Source: Candidatus Buchananbacteria bacterium (GTDB lineage Bacteria; Patescibacteriota; Patescibacteriia; 2-01-FULL-39-33). Taken from it: 64,000 nt of DNA. Below, piece after piece: positions 19,341 to 29,372 of this stretch (position 1 is the stretch's first letter; every line of letters begins with the position of its first letter). The notes beneath the pieces are model-generated. The model was given only the letters and a program-made list of their open reading frames with translations, searched no databases and was not told the DNA's origin. Where the stretch lies: the NCBI GenBank assembly GCA_030650095.1, contig JAUSEE010000007.1, positions 16,812 to 80,811 on the forward strand, written 5' to 3'. Position numbers and translations under genes: made by a program.

Positions 19341-19799
19341 TTATCTTTTCAATTCTTCTTTGACAATTTTAGAAACCATTTGGCCGTCAGCTTGATTTTT
19401 CGTTTGAGCCATGACCGCTCCCATTACCTTCCCGAAAGCAGACGGGCCAGCAGTTCCAATATCTTTGATAACTTGCAAAACAACAGCCCTCACTTGATCA
19501 TCAGGCATTTGCTCGGGCAAATATTTTTCCAAAATAACTATTTCCTTCTCTTCTTTATCAGCTAGATCCAAGCGTTTAGCTTGGCTGTACGACAGATATG
19601 AATCCTTTCTTTTCTTGATTTCTGATTTTATGACCGCTGTAATATCAGCATCAGGCAAACGTTCCCCTTTGGGCAACTTTTTTTCGATCTCTTTATTGGT
19701 TAAGGCCGCCTTTAGCATCCTTAAAACCGACACGGTCGTGTCTTGCTTATTTTTAAAAGCGGTTAAAAAATCTTGATTTATCTTTTCAGCTAAAGACAT
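19341..19799 (-). CDS. yqeY: GatB/YqeY domain protein
   Basis: LRMLKAAL..KKRKDS..EKEIVILEKYLP..FGKVMGAVM..ADG; follows rpsU. Confidence 0.92.
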   Translation of the reverse strand: MSLAEKINQDFLTAFKNKQDTTVSVLRMLKAALTNKEIEKKLPKGERLPDADITAVIKSEIKKRKDSYLSYSQAKRLDLADKEEKEIVILEKYLPEQMPDDQVRAVVLQVIKDIGTAGPSAFGKVMGAVMAQTKNQADGQMVSKIVKEELKR

Positions 19800-19899
19800 A
19801 TTAATTAACTAAATTAAACTTTAGAAAGTTATAAAGTCAAAAAATAATCTTTAACTTTATAAACTTTATAAATTTTACCAACTTCCCTAGGCAGACTTT

Positions 19900-20142
19900 T
19901 TATCTTCTATTGTCTCTCTCTTTTTCATCAACTAATTTGCCTATTTTCTTTAAATATTCTCTTTTATCAGATATTTCCTTTCTTCTGGCTGCAGCCGATC
20001 GAACGGCTGTTTTGCTTTTCTTAGGCTCATAATATCTAATTTTACGGGATTGAATCAATCTTCCGCTTTGTTGTATTTTCTTGCTGAATCTTCTAACTAA
20101 AGCTTCAAATGTTTCTCCTTTTTTTCTTTTAACTTCCGCCAC
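19900..20142 (-). CDS. rpsU: 30S ribosomal protein bS21
   Basis: EVKRKKGETFEALVRRFSKKIQQSG; GTG start with GAGGTG SD. Confidence 0.85.
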   Translation of the reverse strand: MAEVKRKKGETFEALVRRFSKKIQQSGRLIQSRKIRYYEPKKSKTAVRSAAARRKEISDKREYLKKIGKLVDEKERDNRR

Positions 20143-20199
20143 TGTGATTTCACCTCGCTTTCTATGGGTTATATATTAAAACTATAACTTTATTATTTA

Positions 20200-21699
20200 T
20201 TATTTTTCTAAATCTAACTTTTCAATTTCCTCAATATCCTCCTTCTGATCTTCTAAACTTTCAATTTCACTGGAAATATTGCCGGACATTTCAATTTTAT
20301 TTTCACTTTCTTCATTTTGAGTCAGATCAATGACAGCGCCTTCATTATACTTTTCCAATCTCTTTTTCAACTCACGCTCAATTTTATTGAAATCAATGAC
20401 TTCCTGAACGCCGCCCTGCATATCCCTTAACATGATAGTGCCGTCACCGACTTCCTTTTGGCCGATAATCAAAGTGAATTTGACTCTCATTTTATTGGCT
20501 ATTTCCAATTGTTTTTTCAAACTATCCTTATGAAAGGCTTGGGAAACGGTAAAGCTGCCGTTTTTCCTAAGATTTTCATACATCACCATGGCTTTCTTCT
20601 TGGCCGCATCACCCAATTGAGCCACAAACACATCAATTCTTTCTTCTGGAACTTCAATATTTTTTTCTCTCATTTTTGCCACAATCCTATCCATACCCAT
20701 AGCTAAACCACAAGCGGGAGTTTCTTCACGGCCACCCAGAATTTTTATCAAACCGTCGTACCTGCCGCCTCCGCCTAAGGCATTTTTTCCTTCCACATCA
20801 TCGATAGCCCAATATTCAAAAATTGTTCTGGTGTAATAATCAAGGCCCCTGACAATATAAGGATTTAAAACATAGGGTAAATCCAATTCATCCAAATAAC
20901 CGATTACCTTCATAAAATGATTTTTGCAAGCATCATCCAAGTAATCCAATATTTGCGGGGAATCTTCCCGAAGACTGCGGCAACCTTCTTCCTTGCAATC
21001 CAAAAGGCGCAAAGGATTCCTGCCCATCTTGTTTTTACAATTTTCACATAAAAGCTTGGATTTTGTCTTATAATATTTAACTAGGGCTTTCTTGTATTCT
21101 TCGCGGCATTCCTTGCAACCGATACTATTAACCTGGATAACCGATTCAATGCCTAAATCGTTTAAAGAATTCCAACCCATTAATATAAGCTGGGCATCCA
21201 AGGCCGGATTATCTTCGCCGATAGCTTCAAAACCAAATTGAAAGAATTGCCTATACCGGCCGGATTGGGGCTTTTCATGCCTAAAAAGCGGACCTTCATA
21301 AAAAAATTTAACCGGCTGGGTATGGTTGAGCAAGCCGTGTTGGATATAAGCCCTGACAACCGAGGCAGTGCCTTCCGGCCTCAAAACTAAACTATCACCG
21401 CCTTGATCCACAAAAGAAAACATTTCTTTCTCGACAATATCCGTTTGCGAACCGACTCCTCTGACAAATAATTCCGAATATTCCAAAATAGGCGTATCGA
21501 TTCTTTCATAGTCATAATCTTTGGAAATCTGTTTGGCCACTTCCCTTACTCTTTCCCAATATTTTTGATCTTGAGGGAGTATATCGCGCATACCGGTAAC
21601 GGTGGATAAATCCCTTTTGGTTTTTTTTGGTTTTTTGATTTCTTTAACAACTTTTTTCTCCATAGGCTTTCTTATTCCAGCTATTTTTTTTCTGGTCAT
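20200..21699 (-). CDS. hisS: Histidine--tRNA ligase, with Lys-rich N-terminal and acidic C-terminal extensions
   Basis: GMRDILP, LRPEGTA, FRHEKPQSGRYRQF, VRGLDYY, GGGRYDGL. Confidence 0.98.
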   Translation of the reverse strand: MTRKKIAGIRKPMEKKVVKEIKKPKKTKRDLSTVTGMRDILPQDQKYWERVREVAKQISKDYDYERIDTPILEYSELFVRGVGSQTDIVEKEMFSFVDQGGDSLVLRPEGTASVVRAYIQHGLLNHTQPVKFFYEGPLFRHEKPQSGRYRQFFQFGFEAIGEDNPALDAQLILMGWNSLNDLGIESVIQVNSIGCKECREEYKKALVKYYKTKSKLLCENCKNKMGRNPLRLLDCKEEGCRSLREDSPQILDYLDDACKNHFMKVIGYLDELDLPYVLNPYIVRGLDYYTRTIFEYWAIDDVEGKNALGGGGRYDGLIKILGGREETPACGLAMGMDRIVAKMREKNIEVPEERIDVFVAQLGDAAKKKAMVMYENLRKNGSFTVSQAFHKDSLKKQLEIANKMRVKFTLIIGQKEVGDGTIMLRDMQGGVQEVIDFNKIERELKKRLEKYNEGAVIDLTQNEESENKIEMSGNISSEIESLEDQKEDIEEIEKLDLEK

Positions 21700-21721
21700 A
21701 GTATATTTTGGTGTTTTAAGT

Positions 21722-22354
21722 TTAAAATCCGTATTGGGGAGTGGTAAATAGTGTTAACTTATTAAAAGGCCAGCCCCTAAGCCAAGTTCGACCAATTATA
21801 AAATCAGATCTCACCGGACCAAAAGTTCTAGAATCCTGGCTTTGATCACGATTATCACCCATTAAATAATATTCGTTATCCTTCAATTTTAGTTCCCCGT
21901 AACCGCTGACCGGCAACCTAGTTTCCACGCCGCTGGCCAAATAGTCCTCTTTTAAAACATTGGACTGACCGCCGACCGGGGTTATAAAAATTGAGCCATT
22001 ATCAATCTTGACTGTTTCGCCTGGCAAACCGATAACCCTTTTGATAAAAAACTGCCTCGGATCTTTGGGATATTTAAAAACTATTATATCCCCTCTTTTA
22101 GGCTCATTGAAACGGTAGCTTATTTCATCAATAATCAAATATTCATGATCGTGGAAATTAGGCTCCATGGAAGCGCCCTTAACATAGAAAGGCTGAATTA
22201 AAAAATATCTAATCGGCAACACGATAACCAGGGAAATTAAAGTTATTTTGGCCATTTCCCAAATAAAATCCAATAACCTCTTGAATTTGCCGGGACTGGG
22301 CGCATTAAATGAGTATTGGCCATCACCAGAATTGTAATCAGAAGAATTATCCAC
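21722..22354 (-). CDS. lepB: Signal peptidase I
   Basis: GASMEP, FIKRVIGLPGE, GDNRDQSQDSR. Confidence 0.96.
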   Translation of the reverse strand: MDNSSDYNSGDGQYSFNAPSPGKFKRLLDFIWEMAKITLISLVIVLPIRYFLIQPFYVKGASMEPNFHDHEYLIIDEISYRFNEPKRGDIIVFKYPKDPRQFFIKRVIGLPGETVKIDNGSIFITPVGGQSNVLKEDYLASGVETRLPVSGYGELKLKDNEYYLMGDNRDQSQDSRTFGPVRSDFIIGRTWLRGWPFNKLTLFTTPQYGF

Positions 22355-22515
22355 TTATTTTATAATTTATTATATCTACTCATGATTATAACACTTAAAA
22401 TGATATTTTACAAGCTTTGTTATAACATAAAACCTTGTCAAATATCAACTAATAAGCTACAATGTAAAATGTGTTTATCATCTTATCAACAAGAGCATTA
22501 AATTTATAAAAAATA

Positions 22516-24075
22516 ATGAGAAAAGTCAAGGTCAACCTATTATCAGACGATAATGAAGAAAACATAAAAACAGCTGAAACGGAAAAAATTGCGCTAGCAA
22601 ACAACCGCTACCGACCCAAAAGAAAATATAACCTCAAAAAAATAATTGCCAGTGTTATTATAGTAATAGTAATATGCTTGGCAGTTTTTTCGTCTTCCAT
22701 AGTTTTTTCTGATGAAAATCTAATTAAAAATCTGGCTAAGCTTAATTTGTTGCAGCAAATGGGAAGATTAATAGGAGCTGGCAGTAAGGATTTGATAGGC
22801 GAAGATGAAGACCGAATAAGTGTCCTCTTAATTGGCATGGGCGGAAGCGGCCATGAAGGCGGCACGCTGGCTGACACTATAATCCTGGGATCATTCAAAC
22901 CCAGCACCAATCAAGTGGCTATGCTATCGATCCCCCGTGATTTAAGCGTCAAAACAGCCAACTATGATTGGACTAAAATAAACGCCATCAACGCTTACGC
23001 GGAAAAAAAAGAAGAGGGCAGCGGCGGACGTGAAATGGCTAGTGTTTTAAACGATCTGGTTGATACTAATATAAAATATTATGTCACTGTTGATTTTTCC
23101 GGTTTTGAAAGATTAATTGACGAGTTCGGCGGAGTTGATGTTTATGTGGAAAGAGATTTAATTGATATGGAATATCCTATCAGAGGCAAGGAAGATATCT
23201 TCCCTATAGAAAACCGTTATGAAACTCTTAATATAAAGAAAGGCCAACAACATATGGATGGGGCCACGGCTTTAAAATACGCCAGATCAAGGCATGCTTT
23301 GGGTATTGAAGGATCTGATTTTGCCAGATCAAAAAGGCAACAAAACATTTTATCAGCTCTAAAAGACAAAGTCTTCCATTTTGATACGATTTTAAATCCT
23401 AAAAAATTAAACAGCCTTTTAACCGCTTACAACGAACATATCTCCACTAATTTAGAAATATGGCAACTGCTTAAGCTGGCTCAAATGGCCAAAGATATTG
23501 ATACCAGTAAAATAATAAACCACACCCTATCAGATGCCAGTGGCGGCTTGGTCCATTCGCAAATCATAAACGGAGCCTATGTCCTTATACCCAATGACGG
23601 CAATTTTGAAGCTATAAAAAAATTATGGCAGAATATTTTCTATACAACCGGAACAGAAATAAAAACCGTCGGTAGTACAACTGTTTATCAATCTACTAAT
23701 CAATTGGCTAGCACTAGCGCCACCACTACTGATAATCAAGTGGAAACTAAAAAGACCGATAACACCTTGCCCAAAACACTAACAGCTGATTATAAAACAG
23801 AAGGAGCCACAATTGAAATTAGAAATGGCACTTGGATAACAGGCTATGCCAGCAAACAACAATCCGAATTAGAAACCAAGGGCTTTGATGTCACTAGTGC
23901 CGGCAATGCTGATAATCATGATTATGCCAAAACTTTAATTTATGATTTTTCCAAGGGCAAAAACCCGGGCACAACCTTGGAATTGGCGAAAATCTACGGA
24001 ACAAGCGTAATTACCAGTATTCCTGTTTCTTTAAGTTCCAGCGCCAACTTCCTGATAATTTTAGGGCAAGATTAA
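22516..24075 (+). CDS. LCP (LytR-CpsA-Psr) family glycopolymer transferase with LytR C-terminal domain
   Basis: DTIIL, LSIPRD, KINA, ALKYARSRH, SDFARSKRQQ; C-terminal IEIRNGT..G.A..IILGQD. Confidence 0.93.
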   Translation: MRKVKVNLLSDDNEENIKTAETEKIALANNRYRPKRKYNLKKIIASVIIVIVICLAVFSSSIVFSDENLIKNLAKLNLLQQMGRLIGAGSKDLIGEDEDRISVLLIGMGGSGHEGGTLADTIILGSFKPSTNQVAMLSIPRDLSVKTANYDWTKINAINAYAEKKEEGSGGREMASVLNDLVDTNIKYYVTVDFSGFERLIDEFGGVDVYVERDLIDMEYPIRGKEDIFPIENRYETLNIKKGQQHMDGATALKYARSRHALGIEGSDFARSKRQQNILSALKDKVFHFDTILNPKKLNSLLTAYNEHISTNLEIWQLLKLAQMAKDIDTSKIINHTLSDASGGLVHSQIINGAYVLIPNDGNFEAIKKLWQNIFYTTGTEIKTVGSTTVYQSTNQLASTSATTTDNQVETKKTDNTLPKTLTADYKTEGATIEIRNGTWITGYASKQQSELETKGFDVTSAGNADNHDYAKTLIYDFSKGKNPGTTLELAKIYGTSVITSIPVSLSSSANFLIILGQD

Positions 24076-24088
24076 AAAATTAAGAGCC

Positions 24089-24118
24089 AAAAAAACCGCT
24101 GACAGACAGCGGTTTTTT
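24089..24118 (+). terminator. Bidirectional intrinsic terminator
   Basis: AAAAAACCGCTG-acaga-CAGCGGTTTTTT. Confidence 0.75.
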
Positions 24119-24141
24119 GATATTTACAATGAAGTGACACC

Positions 24142-24169
24142 TTGACAAAACAGCCATAAAAAGTATACT
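24142..24169 (+). promoter_or_regulatory. Sigma70-type promoter for the DUF1559 prepilin gene
   Basis: TTGACA-16 nt-TATACT. Confidence 0.6.
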
Positions 24170-24342
24170 TATGTCAGCTGTAAAGCTAACGCACATTGAT
24201 AGTCTAAAGATAGCTAAAAAAACAAAGGAGTTTTTACCTATGTATAAGCAAACATAAATAGCGGCATTTAACAAGACAGTACTAAGTTTTTTTATTTCAG
24301 AAGAACAACGATCAGAAAAACGACAAAAGGAAACATAAGAAA

Positions 24343-25326
24343 ATGAAAAAGAGAAACGGTTTTACATTGATAGAACTTTTAGTAGTTATAGCCATTATCG
24401 GCATTTTGGCAGCCATACTTTTGCCAGCGCTGGCGCGAGCCAGAGAGGCGGCACGTCGATCCAGTTGCGCCAACAATCTGAAACAGTTCGGGCTTATTTT
24501 CAAAATGTATGCCAATGAATCTGGTGGTAAGTATCCACCGATGATGGGGTACACATCAAGTGACAGGCAGAAACCGGATCGAGTAGTCGGCTACAGTTCG
24601 ACACCCTGCGGTTTCGTCAACCCGCGATTGGCTCCACCCGCGCCTCCAGCCACAGCCGGCGGAGATGCGGAATTCATCTTCGACGGTAAAGCCGTTTATC
24701 CAGAATACATGACAGATCCAGCTATTTTGGTTTGCCCGTCCGATTCCGACGGTTCTGAGCGGAAAACTGCGGGAGAATTTAATCTGAACGGTGATACGAA
24801 TCTGTCGATTGACCCGTGCAATTTCAGCGCGGTGTCATATATGTATCTCGGCTGGGTGTTGTCCGGCAAGGCGGGCGATGATTATTTAATGAAAGGCGCG
24901 GATGCCAACAATCCAGCCATAGCCAATCTCGTAAGTCCACTTCAGGCCGTCGGCACGTATTTGGATCCCGGCTTTATCGTGAGAATTTTGACCCTGCTAA
25001 CGACAGCGTCTATGACGAATAATCCAGCGGAGTATGATCAGGATCTTAAGTTCGCCAATGCCTTTGCCGAGCAAAAGACGCTCTATCGAGTCCGAGAAGG
25101 CATCGAGCGGTTCTTCATCACTGACATCAATAATCCCGCTGGCAGCGCGCAAGCGCAATCAGTCATACCGTATATGTTTGATTTGTCGAGTTCTCTCGGC
25201 AGCGAATTCAACCATATTCCTGGTGGCGGCAACATATTGTACATGGACGGGCATGTAAGCTTTAATAGGTTCCCGGGAGAATTTCCGGTCACTCGAGCCT
25301 TCGCTCTGATGACATCCATGTTTTAA
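24343..25326 (+). CDS. Prepilin-type N-methylation protein with DUF1559 and H-X9-DG C-terminal motif
   Basis: G|[44 protein letters not shown]; [17 protein letters not shown]. Confidence 0.92.
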   Translation: MKKRNGFTLIELLVVIAIIGILAAILLPALARAREAARRSSCANNLKQFGLIFKMYANESGGKYPPMMGYTSSDRQKPDRVVGYSSTPCGFVNPRLAPPAPPATAGGDAEFIFDGKAVYPEYMTDPAILVCPSDSDGSERKTAGEFNLNGDTNLSIDPCNFSAVSYMYLGWVLSGKAGDDYLMKGADANNPAIANLVSPLQAVGTYLDPGFIVRILTLLTTASMTNNPAEYDQDLKFANAFAEQKTLYRVREGIERFFITDINNPAGSAQAQSVIPYMFDLSSSLGSEFNHIPGGGNILYMDGHVSFNRFPGEFPVTRAFALMTSMF

Positions 25327-25340
25327 TCTAGAAAATAACC

Positions 25341-25372
25341 AGCCATTGACCTAATAAGTCAATGGCTATTTT
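25341..25372 (+). terminator. Terminator between DUF1559 gene and tspO
   Basis: AGCCATTGAC-ctaataa-GTCAATGGCT followed by ATTTT. Confidence 0.7.
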
Positions 25373-25401
25373 ATTTGGTAAAAAATCTAAAAAATAAATA
25401 A

Positions 25402-25872
25402 CTAGTTCAATATCAAAATATAAAAATTCAATAGGCTGGCGAAACTCACCCAAAGGATATAGGGCAATAAAAGCAGGCTGGATAATTTACTGATTCTCCA
25501 AAAATAAATCATTAAAAAAATAATCGCCAGCCATAACAATATAATAGTACAAAAAGCTAACAAAGGATTATGCCAGCCAAAAAAAGCCAGCGACCAAAAG
25601 GAATTGATAAATAAATGTATAACAAAAACTACAACAGCCATTTTAGATTTTTTATTATTCGCCGACCAAACCAGATACAAAGAAATCGCCATTAAAATAA
25701 AGAGGGTTGTCCAAACCGGGGCAAAAAGCCAAGCTGGCGGGTTGAAACTAGGCTTATTAAGAGTGCTGTACCAAGTTGGAACTTCGGAGGCGGTAAAAAT
25801 TGAGCCGGCCAAACCGGCCAAGAAAGTAAAGGCCAGCGACAGAATGAGTTTGGAATATTTTTTTAACAACAT
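25402..25872 (-). CDS. tspO: TspO/MBR tryptophan-rich sensory protein
   Basis: WYSTLNKPSFNPPAWLFAPVWT, LLPYILWVSFA..LN. Confidence 0.93.
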   Translation of the reverse strand: MLLKKYSKLILSLAFTFLAGLAGSIFTASEVPTWYSTLNKPSFNPPAWLFAPVWTTLFILMAISLYLVWSANNKKSKMAVVVFVIHLFINSFWSLAFFGWHNPLLAFCTIILLWLAIIFLMIYFWRISKLSSLLLLPYILWVSFASLLNFYILILN

Positions 25873-25878
25873 AAATAT

Positions 25879-26676
25879 TTATTTTTTCCAAAATTTAAAT
25901 CTGGAAAAAAATCTCTTCACTGGATTCAAAGCTGGTTTAACTGGCTCTGACTCTGGTTTTTTAGAAACCCTAGCCAAATGCTCTTCGCTTTCACGCTTAT
26001 TTATTTCTATGATTTTAAAACGAATCAGCTCGGGCAACAGATGCAAATGGCCTTCCTGGATATGGCCGGCTATAACGTCAGGACCAACATAGTTTCCTTG
26101 AGCGTCAATTAGTTTTTCTTTCTGATAAACTAACTTGATAATTTCATAAATAGTTTGAGCTCCGCTTAAATCCAATCCGGCTAGAGCTCTGAATTCATCG
26201 GTTTTTTTGTAATCATAAATCAGTTTAGCCACTGTTTCCCTTAACTTGTGACGCAAAGTAATATTGGTCCAGTCTTCTTTTTGATAATTTTTCAAATCCT
26301 GATAAGTCAATTTATAAATCAAATTAATGACTGTTTCGGCTGGCAGTTCTTGGCCTAATTGATTTTTAATCGTCCCCTCTCTGGTAATCATTTCAATAAG
26401 TTCATGATAGCTCCTGGCTTGGCTGAAATCAATAATCTCTCCTTCTTGATTTAACATATCAGACAGCTCTAATTTTGGCGGTTTGGAATAATCGGGCTTG
26501 GCCGGCTCCTTATTTAAGGCTGGCTCGCTTAAATCTTCCTGTTCTTCTTCGTCATATTTATCAAATTCATCATCTACGCTGTCAGCTTCCTGGTCTTCTA
26601 AAATTTCTTCAACTATCTCTGGCTCCCTCTCGACAAATCGATCTCCATTCTGATGGTTTAAAAATCTCTCATTCAT
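25879..26676 (-). CDS. Hypothetical protein with acidic N-terminus, an internal ~60-aa repeat and a basic amphipathic C-terminus
   Basis: DFSQARSYHELIEMI / DLSGAQTIYEIIKLV repeat; ends VKRFFSRFKFWKK. Confidence 0.65.
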   Translation of the reverse strand: MNERFLNHQNGDRFVEREPEIVEEILEDQEADSVDDEFDKYDEEEQEDLSEPALNKEPAKPDYSKPPKLELSDMLNQEGEIIDFSQARSYHELIEMITREGTIKNQLGQELPAETVINLIYKLTYQDLKNYQKEDWTNITLRHKLRETVAKLIYDYKKTDEFRALAGLDLSGAQTIYEIIKLVYQKEKLIDAQGNYVGPDVIAGHIQEGHLHLLPELIRFKIIEINKRESEEHLARVSKKPESEPVKPALNPVKRFFSRFKFWKK

Positions 26677-26706
26677 AAGACATTACAGATAATTATTACT
26701 TATATT

Positions 26707-27324
26707 TTATTGGAAAAAAATTGGTATCTCCAATTGATCCTCATTTTCCGGCAAGCCGGAAGGATTGTCTTTTCTTAAAATTAATACACCTTTGGCAGTT
26801 TGAGGCTGAGAAAACTGCAAAGTTAAAGAAAAAGGCACAAAATCAGTAGTCATCCAATCGCTTTGAGCTTGGGCAATGCCCGTGCCTAGTAAATTACTGT
26901 TATCATCATAGACATTAACCGGAAAACTGGCCTCAAAAAACCAATAACCCCTGGCGACACCAGAAATAATTACTGGATTGTTTATTTTTTGATTGGGTAG
27001 TGGATTATCAACCCTGATTAAATCAGCCTTAGCCAGCCCATTGCCGATATCTTCTACAAAATTTTGGCCGTTAAACTGACACTGCCTGGGATAACTTTCA
27101 ACAATGGGCTGGCCCAGGGCAGCGCATTCTTCAAAATTAGTAACTGTTTTTTCTACACCGCAACCGCTAATAGGAGCCGGATTTTTAGGATTGCCATGCT
27201 TAACCCAAGTGCCATCTTGGCAAAGCCAATTGTCCTCTTGACCGCTAAGACCAAAACGCGTCACTACAATAACGGCCACCAGAACTAAAATAATAAAAGA
27301 TAAGATTAAGATGTTTTGTTTCAT
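26707..27324 (-). CDS. Membrane-anchored protein with Gmad2-type immunoglobulin-like domain
   Basis: WLCQDGTWVKHGNP; NFEEC..G.PI.ESYPRQC; G.ARGYWFFEASFPV..WMTTDFVPF..KDNPSGLPEN. Confidence 0.8.
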   Translation of the reverse strand: MKQNILILSFIILVLVAVIVVTRFGLSGQEDNWLCQDGTWVKHGNPKNPAPISGCGVEKTVTNFEECAALGQPIVESYPRQCQFNGQNFVEDIGNGLAKADLIRVDNPLPNQKINNPVIISGVARGYWFFEASFPVNVYDDNSNLLGTGIAQAQSDWMTTDFVPFSLTLQFSQPQTAKGVLILRKDNPSGLPENEDQLEIPIFFQ

Positions 27325-27329
27325 ATATA

Positions 27330-27851
27330 TTAAGTAAATTTTTCTTTAATTTTTTTGATTTTGGGAGCAATCACGAAAGAGCAATAAGCTTGATCGGGAT
27401 TCTTCTTAAAATAAAAATGGTGGTATTCTTCGGCCGAAAAAAATTTATCCAGCTTTTTTACTTCGGTGACAATCGGCTTGGAATACTCCGATTGGGCTTG
27501 TGAAATAAAATCATCAATTATCTTTTTCTGTTCATCTGTTTCATAAAAAATAACCGAGCGATACTGAGTGCCAACATCCTGGCCTTGTTTATTCAAAGAG
27601 GTGGGATCGTGCATGGTAAAGAATATTTTTAATATCTTTTCCAGAGGCAGAATCTGGCTGTCATAAACCAGCTTCAAAACCTCGGCCTGGCCGGTTTCTC
27701 CGCTGCAAACTTCTTCATAAGTCGGATTTTCCTTCTGGCCGCCGCTATAGCCGGGCAGAGTTTCAAGCACTCCTTTTATTTCTATAAAAACCGCTTCGGT
27801 GCACCAAAAACAGCCTCCGCCCAAAATAATTTCTTGCTTATTTTTTTCCAT
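27330..27851 (-). CDS. msrA: Peptide-methionine (S)-sulfoxide reductase
   Basis: [31 protein letters not shown]. Confidence 0.97.
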   Translation of the reverse strand: MEKNKQEIILGGGCFWCTEAVFIEIKGVLETLPGYSGGQKENPTYEEVCSGETGQAEVLKLVYDSQILPLEKILKIFFTMHDPTSLNKQGQDVGTQYRSVIFYETDEQKKIIDDFISQAQSEYSKPIVTEVKKLDKFFSAEEYHHFYFKKNPDQAYCSFVIAPKIKKIKEKFT

Positions 27852-28206
27852 CTTTGTTGAATTTCAAAGAAATTGAGTTAACACAGTAACGCTTGTTTTT
27901 ATCGGTAAAACCTTCGCCTAAGAAAACATGGCCTAAATGAGCTCCGCAATTAACACATTGTATTTCGGTGCGCAGGCCGTCGGCATCCGGTATCTTTTTT
28001 ATAGCCCCCGAAATAGCATCATCAAAACTCGGCCAGCCGCATTTGGCATCAAATTTATCATCGGATTTAAAAAGTTCAGCGCCGCAACGCTTGCAAATGT
28101 AAACACCCTTGTCAAAGTTACGTTCATATTCTCCGCTAAAAGGCGTTTCAGTGCCCTTGTCTAATATAACAGCTTCTTCCTCTGGGGTAAGTTTATTATA
28201 TTCCAT
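27838..28206 (-). CDS. msrB: Peptide-methionine (R)-sulfoxide reductase
   Basis: GTETPF, CKRC, CGWPSF, HLGHVF, RYCVNS. Confidence 0.97.
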   Translation of the reverse strand: MEYNKLTPEEEAVILDKGTETPFSGEYERNFDKGVYICKRCGAELFKSDDKFDAKCGWPSFDDAISGAIKKIPDADGLRTEIQCVNCGAHLGHVFLGEGFTDKNKRYCVNSISLKFNKDGKK

Positions 28207-28235
28207 ATGTTAAAACTTATACAAACATTTTAAAA

Positions 28236-28898
28236 TTAGATTATATTCAAGCCTAATTTCCGATGCTGGCGCAGATGAAGTTTATAATCAAAATAGGTCT
28301 TTATTAAAATTATAATTACGCGCGATAAACTATTTAATCCCAAAAAACTAAAGGCGAAAGCGCCTCCCATAACTGTCAGATGCATGACAATAATCCGGCT
28401 ATAAGGCGCATGCATCATTTCCAGAGGCGATACCTGGCGGAATTCTTCATTCTTGATGTAATTTTGCCAAAAAGAAACGCCATGACTGACCATAAAAAGA
28501 CCAAAGATAATCAGAAGAGGCGCAATGGTAATCGCAGTACTGGGGAAAAAACCATTTGGTCCGAATAAAGCATAAATAAACAAGCCGTGGCCTAAAGTGA
28601 AACCGCCAAAATGAACAATAAAAAATGGAATTATAAACAATTTAAACAAATTTCCACTTTGGCCAGACCCAGGACTAAACATAAAGCCGCCGCTGGCTTT
28701 AGCAATTTTTAATATTGCATAAAAGCCAATAACAATATTTTCTAACCAATACGCCAACAAGATCTGATAAAGGCTCCAATCAAAGAAAGCCACGCCAAAA
28801 ATTGGAACAAGGTTTACAATAAGCAGATAAGCAGCCGGCCAGGAAATAGTACTTAATTGATTGTATGTATTTTTAAAAAAAGTCATGAACTGAAGCAT
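28236..28898 (-). CDS. Multi-pass membrane protein (DUF6498-like)
   Basis: NLVPIFGV..W..YWLENIVIG; FFIVHFGGF..GHG; PYSRIIVMH. Confidence 0.75.
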   Translation of the reverse strand: MLQFMTFFKNTYNQLSTISWPAAYLLIVNLVPIFGVAFFDWSLYQILLAYWLENIVIGFYAILKIAKASGGFMFSPGSGQSGNLFKLFIIPFFIVHFGGFTLGHGLFIYALFGPNGFFPSTAITIAPLLIIFGLFMVSHGVSFWQNYIKNEEFRQVSPLEMMHAPYSRIIVMHLTVMGGAFAFSFLGLNSLSRVIIILIKTYFDYKLHLRQHRKLGLNII

Positions 28899-28910
28899 CT
28901 AGATTTTAAT

Positions 28911-29372
28911 TTATTTTGATTGATTTTTCTGGACCGGTTTATAAGTATACCTAAACTTATGAAATTCATCTTCATATTGCCGACTGCTAGTTTTTATTGC
29001 ACCTAAATTTTCTGCTGCTCGAATAGATTTTTTATTATCAATATCAATCGTCAAGGTAATAAACGGCAAACTAAGCTTGTCCATTAGCAGTTGCTTGAAT
29101 TTAGCCGCTAGCCCCTGGCCTCTGTATTTGGGATCTACCACAGTGTGAGTGATGTTCTTTTCATCTTCCGTATCATAAACTCCGACTATGCCTAACTTTT
29201 CGCCCTTGGTACCAATGACAGTAAAATATTGCGGATTTAGGCAATTATCCTGTCCTAAAGCAATCCAGCCATTTTCTCCTTCCATTTCTTGAAAAAATTC
29301 CATGTCAAATTCTTCAAGACTTTTTATTTCGGCCGGTTCTTGTTCATGATTTAATGATTCTGGTGATTTCAT
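28911..29372 (-). CDS. GNAT family N-acetyltransferase
   Basis: VDPKYRGQGLA acetyl-CoA motif A; N..SIRAAENLG. Confidence 0.85.
   Translation of the reverse strand: MKSPESLNHEQEPAEIKSLEEFDMEFFQEMEGENGWIALGQDNCLNPQYFTVIGTKGEKLGIVGVYDTEDEKNITHTVVDPKYRGQGLAAKFKQLLMDKLSLPFITLTIDIDNKKSIRAAENLGAIKTSSRQYEDEFHKFRYTYKPVQKNQSK

Noticed and set aside
24170-24342. Possible c-di-GMP-I riboswitch in the DUF1559 leader (GCTAACGCA...AGTCTAA.GATAGC)
   Set aside because: Only fragments match; the GGCAAAC/GAAA and P1 elements are not evident. An Infernal search with RF01051 would settle it.
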